Source: Candidatus Heimdallarchaeota archaeon (GTDB lineage: Archaea; Asgardarchaeota; Heimdallarchaeia; Heimdallarchaeales; Heimdallarchaeaceae). From it: a stretch of 64,000 bases of DNA. The position numbers and the translations under genes were made by a program. Below are positions 1 to 10,326 of this stretch, piece after piece. The DNA is taken from contig JAUVXV010000008.1 of the NCBI GenBank assembly GCA_030603365.1, positions 32,001 through 96,000 of the forward strand. Direction: 5' to 3'. The notes below the pieces were generated by a model, which was not told the origin of the DNA, made no database searches, and saw only the letters and a program-made list of their open reading frames with translations. Numbering within the stretch: position 1 is the first letter of the stretch; each line of letters opens with the position of its first letter.

Positions 1-364
1 CTTGATACAGCTGAGTTCCAATTCCTTGTTTTTGATATTCTTGAAGTATATAGAATGCATACATTTCACAATCATAGGATTGCTCTTTGTGAAAAACTTC
101 TCCCCCTGCAACGAAACCTACAATTTTACTATTTTCATTTTCTGCAACAATTATTTTTCTATTTGGATAATCAGCTGAATCCCCTTCAAAACCTTTCCAA
201 TTTTTTTTCAAATGTTCGATTCTGCTTTCTGGTGTTCGAGACCTTATGTAATCATCTGGAAAGATGCCAGTATAGGTTGTTAACCAAGAATGATATTGAA
301 CATATGCTATTCCTTCTACATCAGAACGTTTTGCTTGTCTAATGATAATTTTATTCTCTGTCAA
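1..364 (-). CDS. GNAT N-acetyltransferase, partial (runs off window start); not in ORF track
   Basis: Manual translation from TTG at 364, overlapping the upstream TGA: MTENKIIIRQAKRSDVEGIAYVQYHSWLTTYTGIFP...IVGFV...CEMYAFYILQEYQKQGIGTQLY, containing GNAT motif A (QxxGIG). Confidence 0.85.
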   Translation of the reverse strand, partial: MTENKIIIRQAKRSDVEGIAYVQYHSWLTTYTGIFPDDYIRSRTPESRIEHLKKNWKGFEGDSADYPNRKIIVAENENSKIVGFVAGGEVFHKEQSYDCEMYAFYILQEYQKQGIGTQLYQ

Positions 365-870
365 CTTTCCTTTCTCCAGACTATTTCAACTAAATCTAAT
401 CCTTCTTTATAATCAACTTTTTCTTTTCTAATCTTAAAATCATGCTTTTGATAAAAACCCAGAGGACTAGGGTATATAGACCCATCCTCTCTCGTGTAAC
501 CATCTTTTGGTGTACACCAGCCATGAAGCTTATCATACAGCTGTTTGGCTTTGTTTACAAGGACAGTGCCTATACCTTTTTGTTGAAAACCTCTTTGTAT
601 AACCATCGAAAACCATGGGACTAATTTCTCTTTCTTACTTTGTCTGATAATCATTAGACCAACAAGTTTAGAACCTTCAGAAGTTATATTTCTTGCAGTA
701 ATGATTTTGATCTTATCATCTATATTTAGTAATCGTCTTTTAGCATATTCAATTGTTACTCTGTCTAAAATAGTTGGATATTCTGAATTGAACATATTCT
801 GATATACAGTACAGTCTTCCTCATCAATATTAGTATAGTCCTCAACTGAATAGGCAATTCTTTCATCCAT
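361..870 (-). CDS. GNAT N-acetyltransferase
   Basis: FQQKGIGTVLV acetyl-CoA motif and GFYQKHDF C-terminal motif. Confidence 0.8.
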   Translation of the reverse strand: MDERIAYSVEDYTNIDEEDCTVYQNMFNSEYPTILDRVTIEYAKRRLLNIDDKIKIITARNITSEGSKLVGLMIIRQSKKEKLVPWFSMVIQRGFQQKGIGTVLVNKAKQLYDKLHGWCTPKDGYTREDGSIYPSPLGFYQKHDFKIRKEKVDYKEGLDLVEIVWRKES

Positions 871-947
871 CTAGTATACTATTCATTCCAGAGATTTAAG
901 ACTTATTGAAAAACTTATATCCTTACTAGCAAGTTTTTAAGGTTATT

Positions 948-2114
948 TTGGTTTTTAGAGATATGGATTATGATGTAGTCATTGCAGGAGGAGGTGTAGC
1001 AGGTTCTACAGCAGCTCGATTTTTAGCTGAATCTGGATTCAAGACGCTTTTTGTTGAAAGACACAAAACACCTAGAAATAAACCATGTTCAGGGATTCAA
1101 TTTGGATACTTTGAAAAAATCCTAGGTGTTAAAATTCCAAGAGAACGTTTGTGTAATATTGAACTTAAAAAAATTAAGATGTATCTACCAGATGGCAGTT
1201 CATTTGGTTCTCATTTCAAAATGTTCAATTTTATGAGAAAACCTTTCGATGATTGGTTAAATATTATAGCCCAGGATGCTGGTGCTGAATTTATTGATGA
1301 GTGTGTCTGCCAAAGTGTTGAAGAAAAAGATGGTTACAATAAAGTTACACTAGTGAAAACTAAAGAAAAAGAAACTGTTAATCTTACAGCAAAATATGTC
1401 ATAGATGCTTCAGGTCTTCGACCAAAGCTACGTAACCAAATTCGTCCTCAAGATTTCTCTTCCGACTTTCAGGGAGCAACATTGAATTACTACATTGATG
1501 GAGAAGCAGATTTAGACCCGGAAACTCTGTATCAATTCTGGAATATGGACTGGAACAATGCAATGTTTGCTTGGATCTATATTAAAACCTTAGATGATGG
1601 AAAAGACTATTGGGTTGTTGGTACAGGATACAATAATGATGATATAACAAAAAGACAAGAATTATTCTATACTGCAATGAAAGAAAAATTCAATATCACT
1701 GGTGAAATTGTTAAACGTGAGGGATATAAAACCTCAATGAATATGTATTCTAAGGACCGTGTATGGCTTGGGCAAAACAGGATTTTGATGGTTGGAGATG
1801 CAGCTGGTTTAGTTGATATGGTTAGAGGAGTAGGTATGGATGCAGCTGCTCTTTCAGGTCGGTTAGCTGCTAAAGCAATAATGAAGGCAGAGAAGAAAAA
1901 TTCTGAAGTATTGAAAGTTTATTCCAAATTCATGAAACGAGTAACTTCTCAAACAATCCGAAATCAGCAGAGAGAAATAAATATTTTCAAGACAAATGAA
2001 GAATTGCACACCTACATGAAGAAAAGTATGGTGAAAATGGGAATCAAGATGATACTACAGTCTAATCTCAATAAAATTCGTTCTCCAGAAAAACAAGTTT
2101 TACTCCCACAATAG
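948..2114 (+). CDS. Geranylgeranyl reductase-family FAD-dependent oxidoreductase
   Basis: DVVIAGGGVAG Rossmann motif, PRNKPCSG, VIDASG, LMVGDAAG. Confidence 0.85.
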   Translation: MVFRDMDYDVVIAGGGVAGSTAARFLAESGFKTLFVERHKTPRNKPCSGIQFGYFEKILGVKIPRERLCNIELKKIKMYLPDGSSFGSHFKMFNFMRKPFDDWLNIIAQDAGAEFIDECVCQSVEEKDGYNKVTLVKTKEKETVNLTAKYVIDASGLRPKLRNQIRPQDFSSDFQGATLNYYIDGEADLDPETLYQFWNMDWNNAMFAWIYIKTLDDGKDYWVVGTGYNNDDITKRQELFYTAMKEKFNITGEIVKREGYKTSMNMYSKDRVWLGQNRILMVGDAAGLVDMVRGVGMDAAALSGRLAAKAIMKAEKKNSEVLKVYSKFMKRVTSQTIRNQQREINIFKTNEELHTYMKKSMVKMGIKMILQSNLNKIRSPEKQVLLPQ

Positions 2115-2398
2115 TTTCTGTTTTCTCCATTTTAGATTTTTCAATATCACAACTTGTGTTCACAATATGTGAGCAAGTTACTTTTAAATAAGGACCTATG
2201 TTAGGACAGGTGCAAAAAATGCGAAAACCAACAAAAATAACTGAAAAAATCAAACAAGACTTAAAGAAGGAGAGACGAAATGCAATTAACTCTCTAATTA
2301 TGCTCAAAGGATCTCTCTTCTAACCTTTTATTTTATTCTTCTGTCTATGTAAAACTTAAAAGTAAGTCACTCTTTCTTTTACTGTATAAGGTGATTAT

Positions 2399-2935
2399 TT
2401 GGCTAGTCGAAAAACACATCTTTTTGGTGGCACTCTTTTTTGGGGCCTTGCAATAGGCATTTTCTATGCTCTTGATCTAAAAACCAGCTTTATTGATTTA
2501 GGTTTGTCAGGTACTATACCTGATTTAGAATTTCATTCTCTATGGATAGTATTATCGTTCATGGCGTGTCATTTTGGAGCACAATTACCTGATTATGATT
2601 TACTTTGGGATAAAATTCTACCTCACAGGAATGTTATAACTCATTCATTCTTCTTACCCTTAGTAATCTCAATTCCAATATTTTTTGTTCAAGAATCAAC
2701 ACAATTTCTTGTTCCAATTTACGCATTTTATCATATAGGACATGCATCGCATCTTTTCTTAGATTTAAAACCAAAAGATTGGAAAGGAACTGCTCTTGTA
2801 CATATTTTCTGGGCAAATGATAATGGAAGAAAAACTATGCCACCAAAAGTATCTAGATTATTTTTACTAATCAATGGTTTAATAGTTTTGTCAGCAGGTA
2901 TTATACTTCTATACTTCTTCCAACTGTGGATTTAG
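2399..2935 (+). CDS. YdjM-like membrane metal-dependent hydrolase
   Basis: N-terminal TH, LPDYD, HRNVITHS, SHLFLD motifs; hydrophobic segments. Confidence 0.75.
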   Translation: MASRKTHLFGGTLFWGLAIGIFYALDLKTSFIDLGLSGTIPDLEFHSLWIVLSFMACHFGAQLPDYDLLWDKILPHRNVITHSFFLPLVISIPIFFVQESTQFLVPIYAFYHIGHASHLFLDLKPKDWKGTALVHIFWANDNGRKTMPPKVSRLFLLINGLIVLSAGIILLYFFQLWI

Positions 2936-2983
2936 CAAACTTCTTCTTTTTTACTTTTTCTTTCTCAAATCAGTAGAAACAAA

Positions 2984-5284
2984 CTAGATTTTCTTCATTT
3001 CTTTCTCCTTAATTACAGCTAAACAGCTGTAGTAAAATCGATCAGTTTTATTAGAGTTCAAATATGTTTCAATTACCCTAGAAGCACTAAAACTTTGAGA
3101 TTTAATTAATGATCTGAGCATGATATCTGGAATCTTTCCATAAGTATCTTTTAACAAAGCCCACAAGAAAGTTGTATTCCTAGGAGAGGAGGAAATAAGT
3201 CGTAAAATCAATCTATTTACTTCAGTTTCATCCTTACTAGAAACTAGCTCTTTTATTAGAAGAAAACCCCAATAAAGTTTCTTCAGCTCTTCGTATTTCT
3301 CTACTAGTTCACTTGACCCTATTTTATAAATCATCAAACTTGCTGTAGTATCAGTTATAGATGTGGGGGCAGTATCAACCATTTTGAAGGGTGCAGACAA
3401 CACTTTCCAGTCAGGTTTGATTTCCCAAGGATATTTTACACCTATTTTCAAAAGTTGTTCTTGAATGAATAAGGAAATAGATTCTCTTTCTCCTAATTCT
3501 AAAGTCTGTGATTGTTTTAATAGTTGCTTCTTCAATTTATCTGAAACAAGATTAGTGCAAGCTAGATGTCTCTTTTCTGATGGACTTAGACTATCCATAA
3601 CCCATCTTATCATTACTCTATCCCATGTTTCTACTCTCTTTATTTGAGTGAAAACGGGTATACAACTCAACCAAAACCGTTTTTCAGAGGTAGAATCCAT
3701 ATAAAACTGCAATTTTCTACTGTTTTCAAGAGCTTTTGATCCTTTCAGAGTTCGGATTATATCCTCTGTTAAGAAATCAAATGCATTAAGATGCAATGTC
3801 AGTAACAGAGCTATTTCTTTAGGATCAACATTTGACCTTATTCTTTGTAGAACGTAATTACTGAAATTTTTTGATTCTTGCTTGTCGATTAGATTTTCTA
3901 TGTAATTTGGTATCCAAGTACTGATTTTCTGCTGCTTTAGTTTTCGAAGCAATTTCTTCTTTTTAGAATCAAAAACTATCATTGAGACTAAATAAGAATC
4001 TAAGTTTTTTAGTGAAGAAAGTTTTTCTGCTGAACTATATTCTCGAATTAATTCTTTCCAATTTACTTTAGGTAGAAAGGGATACTGAGCTATCTGATTA
4101 AGTTCATTCATCACGAAAAACTTGAGCATATTATTCTTAACTGCTGTTTTTGTAATATGATGGTTTTCTATCTTCTCTTCTACTAAAGTTTTCATCTTTC
4201 CTTTTAGAACATCTACTAGAATCAAATTATACATGAAAGAAAATTCTTCTTTGTTTTTCAACCATAAGGGAATTAACATATCCCATTTCCAGATAGTTAC
4301 AGGAAGAGTCAGAGGTAAATCTGTTAAGAACGCATCCCCTTCATCAAATAATATCTTAGTATTTCCATGCTTTAGAATTTGAATGTCCTTCTTTTTATTG
4401 AAGTACATATAGTAGAAGACATTCTTATTGAAAGAGATACTTTCAACTGTTTTTTCTTCATCATCTAATTGGATTTTGAATGGATTGTCTGTTTTAGGAT
4501 CATAGATGAACTTCTTTATGTTCTTTATTGAACAGTTGTAATTTGTATTAGATTGATTGAATTTCTCAATCATCTCCATTCTCATCTCAGCTGATAGTTC
4601 GGTGACTTCTCCTTTCTTCTTATGTTTGGGAGCTTTTCTATAAACGGTTGATCCTTCTGATACAAGCTTGTATAAAGTTAGCTTATTCCCAATTAGCTTA
4701 TTTAGATAAAGTGTCTCATTTACTAAGCTGCTATACCATTTAGAATTCATACTTGAAGCCTGGAGTAGAGAATGGTCTATAACTGAAACATATTCATTGT
4801 TTTCAAGATTTATTCCATTTATCTTGTAAATTTGACCATAGTATTTTCCAGAACCATAAGAAGATCGTCCTATACCTTGGATTTCTAAAGGAAGAAGCTC
4901 TAAAATATCTGTTTGCTTAATATTGATTGGTTTTAATAAATCACTCTTCTCTCTTCTGTTAAAGTCATTATGTTTGACAAACTTCGATTTGATAGTTATT
5001 ATAGTCTGATGGAGCATACTTGTTATTAAGGCCAATTCTTCTCTTTCCAATCTAGACCATTCTTTTTTGTTTTCTTTTATCAGGTCTAACAAGCCGTTGG
5101 TTTTTTCAGTTAAATACTTAAGATTTAGTTTTTCTATTTTTTCAAGGAAATCAGTCAATGCCTTAAGATCTGCCTTTTCTAAAGAATCGGCTCCTACTAG
5201 AATAATTTTCATAATTATATTTTCCAAAGGAGAAAATAGATCTTCAATCTGAAGTGTTTCTTGTGCTGTTATTGTCAGTTCCAT
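2984..5284 (-). CDS. Large hypothetical protein, last gene of MoxR/vWA cluster
   Basis: 766-aa ORF 1 nt downstream of the previous gene; no recognisable family motif. Confidence 0.7.
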   Translation of the reverse strand: MELTITAQETLQIEDLFSPLENIIMKIILVGADSLEKADLKALTDFLEKIEKLNLKYLTEKTNGLLDLIKENKKEWSRLEREELALITSMLHQTIITIKSKFVKHNDFNRREKSDLLKPINIKQTDILELLPLEIQGIGRSSYGSGKYYGQIYKINGINLENNEYVSVIDHSLLQASSMNSKWYSSLVNETLYLNKLIGNKLTLYKLVSEGSTVYRKAPKHKKKGEVTELSAEMRMEMIEKFNQSNTNYNCSIKNIKKFIYDPKTDNPFKIQLDDEEKTVESISFNKNVFYYMYFNKKKDIQILKHGNTKILFDEGDAFLTDLPLTLPVTIWKWDMLIPLWLKNKEEFSFMYNLILVDVLKGKMKTLVEEKIENHHITKTAVKNNMLKFFVMNELNQIAQYPFLPKVNWKELIREYSSAEKLSSLKNLDSYLVSMIVFDSKKKKLLRKLKQQKISTWIPNYIENLIDKQESKNFSNYVLQRIRSNVDPKEIALLLTLHLNAFDFLTEDIIRTLKGSKALENSRKLQFYMDSTSEKRFWLSCIPVFTQIKRVETWDRVMIRWVMDSLSPSEKRHLACTNLVSDKLKKQLLKQSQTLELGERESISLFIQEQLLKIGVKYPWEIKPDWKVLSAPFKMVDTAPTSITDTTASLMIYKIGSSELVEKYEELKKLYWGFLLIKELVSSKDETEVNRLILRLISSSPRNTTFLWALLKDTYGKIPDIMLRSLIKSQSFSASRVIETYLNSNKTDRFYYSCLAVIKEKEMKKI

Positions 5285-5285
5285 T

Positions 5286-6554
5286 TTATCTACTCCTAAA
5301 TTTCATTTGATTTAAGGAGAAATCACATGCTTCTATTATTCTATAATCTGAGAGCATAACACCTAAAGGCCAGATCCCACTGATAGGCCAAAATGACATA
5401 TTTCCATCAGAAGCGATTCTTGCTTGTCCGAAAATCCAAGGTGGAAAGGTTTCAGAACTAATCAAATCCTTAAAAGTCTCAATAGTGTAATGATTTCTTC
5501 CCTTATCAGATATAGTTACATCCATGGAATTGTAGTTCTTGTCATATACTTTGAAGGAGTAAGTTCTTTCTATATCATCATGTTTCATCTCTGAGAACCG
5601 TTTGATTTTAAATAACCCAAACAGCTGGGGGAAGAGGGAGAGACCTTCTGATTCTATATTATGAATATGTTCCTGGACTTCTATCCAATCATCGTATTTG
5701 ATTGTTTTAAATTTGCTAGAGATCCAAGGAAGAGCTTTGTATCTGAAAAGTTTAAGATACTTTCCAAGAGATAGTTTTGATGGATAAGCTTGGGTTATTT
5801 TTGCATTCCAGATTTGAAACGAAGCACTAGTAAATTCGTTCATTGAGATGTCAGAGTTTGTATTAATGTTGAGAATGGTTTCAATATTTCTCAGCTCACT
5901 GTTTGCTGAGGAAGATGATGATCTTCGACTTCGTCTATACCTATTTCTGTCCATATATTTCATTGCAGTCAAAGGTCTAGCATTTGTTGCAGCAATAATT
6001 TGTCTATTACTCAAATCATAGAGATAAGCTGTAACTCCTACAAAACCAGATTCTGTCATCCACCCACTAACTCCCAAGGTTTGAGCTATAATCTTCTTGT
6101 ATTCTTTCTTTTCATCTTGAGTGCCAGTAAGAAGTTTTATCAAGCGAGGAGACAGTTGCTTACCATTTTTGTAGTCTCTAATTGTTTTACAAGTTATAGC
6201 TATTCTAGATAAGATAGAAGTTATTCTGCTAAAATTAAATGTCGGATCTTTGTTGAGATAAAGTTCCATAATCTTTTTGAGCGATTGTATATCGCGTTCA
6301 AGTCTTGCTACTTTTGTCGTATGAGCAGTTATAATCAAAGCCTGTAATTCATCTAGGTTCTCTTTTGATATTCTTTGCACACCGTTCAAAAAAACTTTAC
6401 TAAACCAATCATTGATTTTGTTCAAAGCTGTTTCTATATTTTCAGGTAATTCAACAGGTTGAATTATTTCTTCCTCAGTCTCTTCAAGAATCGAGAGATC
6501 CAATTCGGGGAGACTATTTTCTTCTTTTACTTGTATATTCTGTTCAGTGTTCAT
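5286..6554 (-). CDS. Hypothetical protein resembling the non-SWIM part of YehQ-type proteins
   Basis: 422 aa; LGVSGWMTESGFVGVTAYLYD segment; lies right after the vWA gene, where yehQ lies in yehLMPQ. Confidence 0.5.
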   Translation of the reverse strand: MNTEQNIQVKEENSLPELDLSILEETEEEIIQPVELPENIETALNKINDWFSKVFLNGVQRISKENLDELQALIITAHTTKVARLERDIQSLKKIMELYLNKDPTFNFSRITSILSRIAITCKTIRDYKNGKQLSPRLIKLLTGTQDEKKEYKKIIAQTLGVSGWMTESGFVGVTAYLYDLSNRQIIAATNARPLTAMKYMDRNRYRRSRRSSSSSANSELRNIETILNINTNSDISMNEFTSASFQIWNAKITQAYPSKLSLGKYLKLFRYKALPWISSKFKTIKYDDWIEVQEHIHNIESEGLSLFPQLFGLFKIKRFSEMKHDDIERTYSFKVYDKNYNSMDVTISDKGRNHYTIETFKDLISSETFPPWIFGQARIASDGNMSFWPISGIWPLGVMLSDYRIIEACDFSLNQMKFRSR

Positions 6555-6557
6555 CTT

Positions 6558-7928
6558 TTATCGCCCCATATTTTCAGCTACCCATTCTGCTAGTTCTTTA
6601 GGTGAACTTACAGCTACCTTCATTCCAGCTTCTTCGACTTGTCGTGCTAACTCACGATCATAGTTTGCAATGTATTCATAGTCCAATGCAGCTAGACCAA
6701 TCATCTTTGTACCTGAAGCTTGTAATTCTCTAACTGTCTGAATTAGTCTGTTTTTATTTCCTCCTTCATAGAAGTCAGTTAGTAAGATGAACAATGTTCT
6801 TTCAGGAGTTTCTACTTTTTTCGCGGAATATTCAACTGCTTTTGCTATATCCGTACCTCCACCCAGTTGAACTCTCATCAAGACCTCTACAATATCCTCA
6901 ATTTGATTTGACAAATCAACAACTCTTGTATCAAATACAACTAGAGACACATCGACATTTGGTAAAGCAGCAAAAATACCTGCCATTACAGATGAATAAA
7001 TCACAGAACTTGTCATACTTCCAGACTGATCAATCACTAGAATAATGTGATATCTGAGTTTATTCCTTCTCTCCCAGAAGAATACTCTTTCAACAATAAG
7101 CTTATCCAGTTCTTTATCATAATTCTTAAGATTGTAGCTAATGGTTCTTTTCCAGTCTGTAGAACTAAATCTTTTGTGTGGAGAGTGCTCATTTCTATGA
7201 ATTTGACCTAGAAGAGCAGGTTGAACTTCTAAGAATATTTTTTCAGCAATCTGATCTGATATTTTTCGAATGATTTTTTTAGCTTTTTCAAGTACATCTG
7301 GTTTCATTAGATTCTTAAATTCAAGTATAGCCTTAAGCAAATCAAAATCAGGTTCAATCTGATCTAATATATCTGGATCAACAACAAGTTGTGAAAGTTT
7401 GTATCTATGAATTGCATCATTTTGTAATATCTTAGTAGCAGCTTCGGGAAATAGTTCCTTTGCATTATTAATCCAACTGGGTATTGACAAACCACTTGAT
7501 GATCTTCCAGCTGATTTAGGACCAGTATTTGGATCATCTCTCATTTCGTATTCCCTTTGATAAAGGAAGGATAAAGTAGAATCCATTTGCTTCAAAGCTT
7601 CTATTCCAGCTTTACTATCAGACCCTCCTGTACCTCTTCTTCCTTTTGGTCCAGGTTGTTTCATTCCTTTATTTCTTGTATTGGAAGGTTGTGGAACTGG
7701 TTTTCTTTGACCTTGAGCTGACTGCTTTGGTTTGGTTTTATTCATATCTTGTCCAGGAGCTTGATGTTCTCTTTTTTGGTCTGTCATCTTCTCTCTTGGA
7801 CCAAGTAGAGATTCTTCTCTTTGCTTATCTTCAAAATCAAGTTGTTTGTAACTATATTTTCCTAAAACCAATCGCCATCTATTCATATCATTTTTCAACA
7901 TTTCTTCTAATTCATTCTCAGATATCAT
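6558..7928 (-). CDS. vWA (CoxE/YehP-like) domain protein
   Basis: RWRLVLG N-terminal motif, MIDAS DQSGSM, LGGGTDI, LLTDFYEG; start placed at the ATGA overlap at 7928. Confidence 0.9.
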   Translation of the reverse strand: MISENELEEMLKNDMNRWRLVLGKYSYKQLDFEDKQREESLLGPREKMTDQKREHQAPGQDMNKTKPKQSAQGQRKPVPQPSNTRNKGMKQPGPKGRRGTGGSDSKAGIEALKQMDSTLSFLYQREYEMRDDPNTGPKSAGRSSSGLSIPSWINNAKELFPEAATKILQNDAIHRYKLSQLVVDPDILDQIEPDFDLLKAILEFKNLMKPDVLEKAKKIIRKISDQIAEKIFLEVQPALLGQIHRNEHSPHKRFSSTDWKRTISYNLKNYDKELDKLIVERVFFWERRNKLRYHIILVIDQSGSMTSSVIYSSVMAGIFAALPNVDVSLVVFDTRVVDLSNQIEDIVEVLMRVQLGGGTDIAKAVEYSAKKVETPERTLFILLTDFYEGGNKNRLIQTVRELQASGTKMIGLAALDYEYIANYDRELARQVEEAGMKVAVSSPKELAEWVAENMGR

Positions 7929-10321
7929 AAGCCCCACTCTCCAAATTTTTCTTCTACAACTTGATCTGCAAACTCTAGAATATTAGCAAGTTTCTCACTT
8001 ATTTCAATACTTTCAATTTCCGCCATATCGCGCTTCTTAGCAACATTGGAAGCAATTATATCAATCTCCTTTGGAGAGAATAACGAAAACGACCTTCTCA
8101 GTATAGGTAGTACAATCAAGAAGTCTTTTTCAGGTAACAAACAAATCATATCATCTATTGTATTTAAGAACGATTTCCGTAAAATCATTATTTCTCTACA
8201 AACTGTAAACAATCCATAGAGATAATTTCCTCCATCAACAGCTGATCCTCCAAGTGTATAACCGTTTATTTCTCGAGATAAAGTCGCGGTGTCCATAACT
8301 TTGAATGAATAAAGGACACCTGCTAATGCTCCTCTAACTGCATAATTTCCTTTTGAATCTTTGACCGCAGATTGTATTTGTGAAACATATAGATCTTTAT
8401 CTATTGGCAAATCTGTGAATGATAAAACGAAATTAGTTAGAGCTTTTATCTTCTCAATTATTATCTCTTCTTCCTCTTCAGAAACTGTGAGAATGCTTGG
8501 TATAAGAAAAGCTGCTCTGATGTAAGCCCTATGTATTAGTTTGAGTAATGGTTTGTATCCTTCAGTAAGAAGGGATTCTTGAAAATTGTAGAGTGAAACT
8601 AGTTGGTATAAAGCTTGAACTAAACTCTTGAAATTCCTATCTTTATCAATGGTGTCTATGAGTTTGTCTCCTAATTCATTCAACAGTTCTATTAACCCCA
8701 TTTGGGCTGCATTCAACAGAAGTTCACTAGCTACACTTGATTCAGTGGTGGAAGCAAATTTCTCTTTTAGTAGTGTTAAACATGCATTTCGAACAGTGTT
8801 TCCTAAGCTTATTAATTGAATAAGTTTCAATTCTACATTTCTATTGTATGCTACATTCCATTGTTCTGCCAGTAAGTGCATATCTTCTTTCTTGACGAGA
8901 TTAGGACCTTTGACCATTTCTGCAAAACCAGATTCTAAAAACACATTCTGATGTAAAAATTGGGATTTCTGCTTCATACTACTTTTTTGGTAAAGATTGA
9001 CTCTCAACAGCTTTGTAGTTGCTACGAGATTGATTCTTAATTTCTTAGCTTGATACTGAAAATCAGCAAGAAGTGGTGTTGTAGATAAACTTGGGTCAAT
9101 CTCTCCAAATTCATTTCCTATAAAAATTTCATCCATTGCACGGTAAATAGCTTGTCCATAAATCTCATCATCTCCTTTAATATAGACAGTTTTAACAGCA
9201 TCAGCTAAATCATAGTATCCTGTATTGACTTTACCTCTGAATTTCCCAAGATTTTTTGCTACTCTAATGGCATGAATCCCATCAGCAACACTAACAACAG
9301 AACCAAATTCTCTAGCTTGATTCTTTACTTCTAATGCAAGCTCCAGATTTACTTTATCTAAATATTTTGTAGATTTTAATTTGATATTATTCCATATTTT
9401 ATCATAATATCTAGGTGCTGGATTACCTGAAGAATATCCTCTAGAGAGAGCTATTTGATCATAAGTATAAGGTACTGTGATGAAAACATTATCACCTTTT
9501 TTGATAGCTTGTTTCTTGCCTTTGATGAAAGGAAGAACTACAGAATGAAAGGCACCTGAAATTACTAGTAACTTACCTTTTCTATTTCCCTCAGGTAGCA
9601 AATTATATGCTCTACTTATTCTAAATTTCATATATGCTTCTCTTATCAGAGCTCCTTCAGCTTCAAGAAATTCCTCAGAGAGAGATTGACGTGCAACTAA
9701 ACCAAAAGCTAAAATTTTCCTCACGAAATCCTCAGGTTCCATTGAGAAATTAGTTTCAAACATTAATTCCCAGACTTCATGAAAGTTTCTACATCTTAGT
9801 TTCTGAGCGAGTTTAGTACCATATGCATTAAATTCGAATAATTTCTCTTCAGGATAGAATAAGGAGACTGGTGATTTTTTGAATCTATAAGGTATTAAAT
9901 TCCTTAATGGTAAATCAATAAATTCCACTTCAATATTTCTATCCTTAGCAATTTTCAATGCTCTATATTCAGGTGAATATGAAACCATTGGATGATAGCC
10001 TTCAAATCTTACAGGAATACTCTCATCAGGAGATAAGATCCCATTTAATTCAAACGTATTTTTCTTATCTACGAAAAATGAATGTAAAGCAACTGGTGGT
10101 TTTGTTTGATCAGAATACAGAATATCTAAGTTTGTTTCAGCTCCAGTTGGAAGCTCAATCAGTAGTTTAGTCGGTTTATACTTTTCTATTATCTTATCTA
10201 GATAAAAAGAGCAAGCAACTGAATGATGACGTATTGGAAAATACATTATTTCATCATTCATTATTTTCTCTACTTTATCCTTCACACCCTCCATCGTATC
10301 TATAGAGTTAGAATCATTCAT
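7925..10321 (-). CDS. DUF5682 / YehM-like protein
   Basis: PIRHHSVAC, LLIELP, YSPEY, FIDLP, RE..M, GAFH, GYSSG motifs. Confidence 0.85.
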   Translation of the reverse strand: MNDSNSIDTMEGVKDKVEKIMNDEIMYFPIRHHSVACSFYLDKIIEKYKPTKLLIELPTGAETNLDILYSDQTKPPVALHSFFVDKKNTFELNGILSPDESIPVRFEGYHPMVSYSPEYRALKIAKDRNIEVEFIDLPLRNLIPYRFKKSPVSLFYPEEKLFEFNAYGTKLAQKLRCRNFHEVWELMFETNFSMEPEDFVRKILAFGLVARQSLSEEFLEAEGALIREAYMKFRISRAYNLLPEGNRKGKLLVISGAFHSVVLPFIKGKKQAIKKGDNVFITVPYTYDQIALSRGYSSGNPAPRYYDKIWNNIKLKSTKYLDKVNLELALEVKNQAREFGSVVSVADGIHAIRVAKNLGKFRGKVNTGYYDLADAVKTVYIKGDDEIYGQAIYRAMDEIFIGNEFGEIDPSLSTTPLLADFQYQAKKLRINLVATTKLLRVNLYQKSSMKQKSQFLHQNVFLESGFAEMVKGPNLVKKEDMHLLAEQWNVAYNRNVELKLIQLISLGNTVRNACLTLLKEKFASTTESSVASELLLNAAQMGLIELLNELGDKLIDTIDKDRNFKSLVQALYQLVSLYNFQESLLTEGYKPLLKLIHRAYIRAAFLIPSILTVSEEEEEIIIEKIKALTNFVLSFTDLPIDKDLYVSQIQSAVKDSKGNYAVRGALAGVLYSFKVMDTATLSREINGYTLGGSAVDGGNYLYGLFTVCREIMILRKSFLNTIDDMICLLPEKDFLIVLPILRRSFSLFSPKEIDIIASNVAKKRDMAEIESIEISEKLANILEFADQVVEEKFGEWGL

Positions 10322-10326
10322 CTACA

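Noticed and set aside
55-342. 95-aa plus-strand ORF in the track
   Set aside because: Shadow of the minus-strand GNAT gene (1-364), which has clear motifs.
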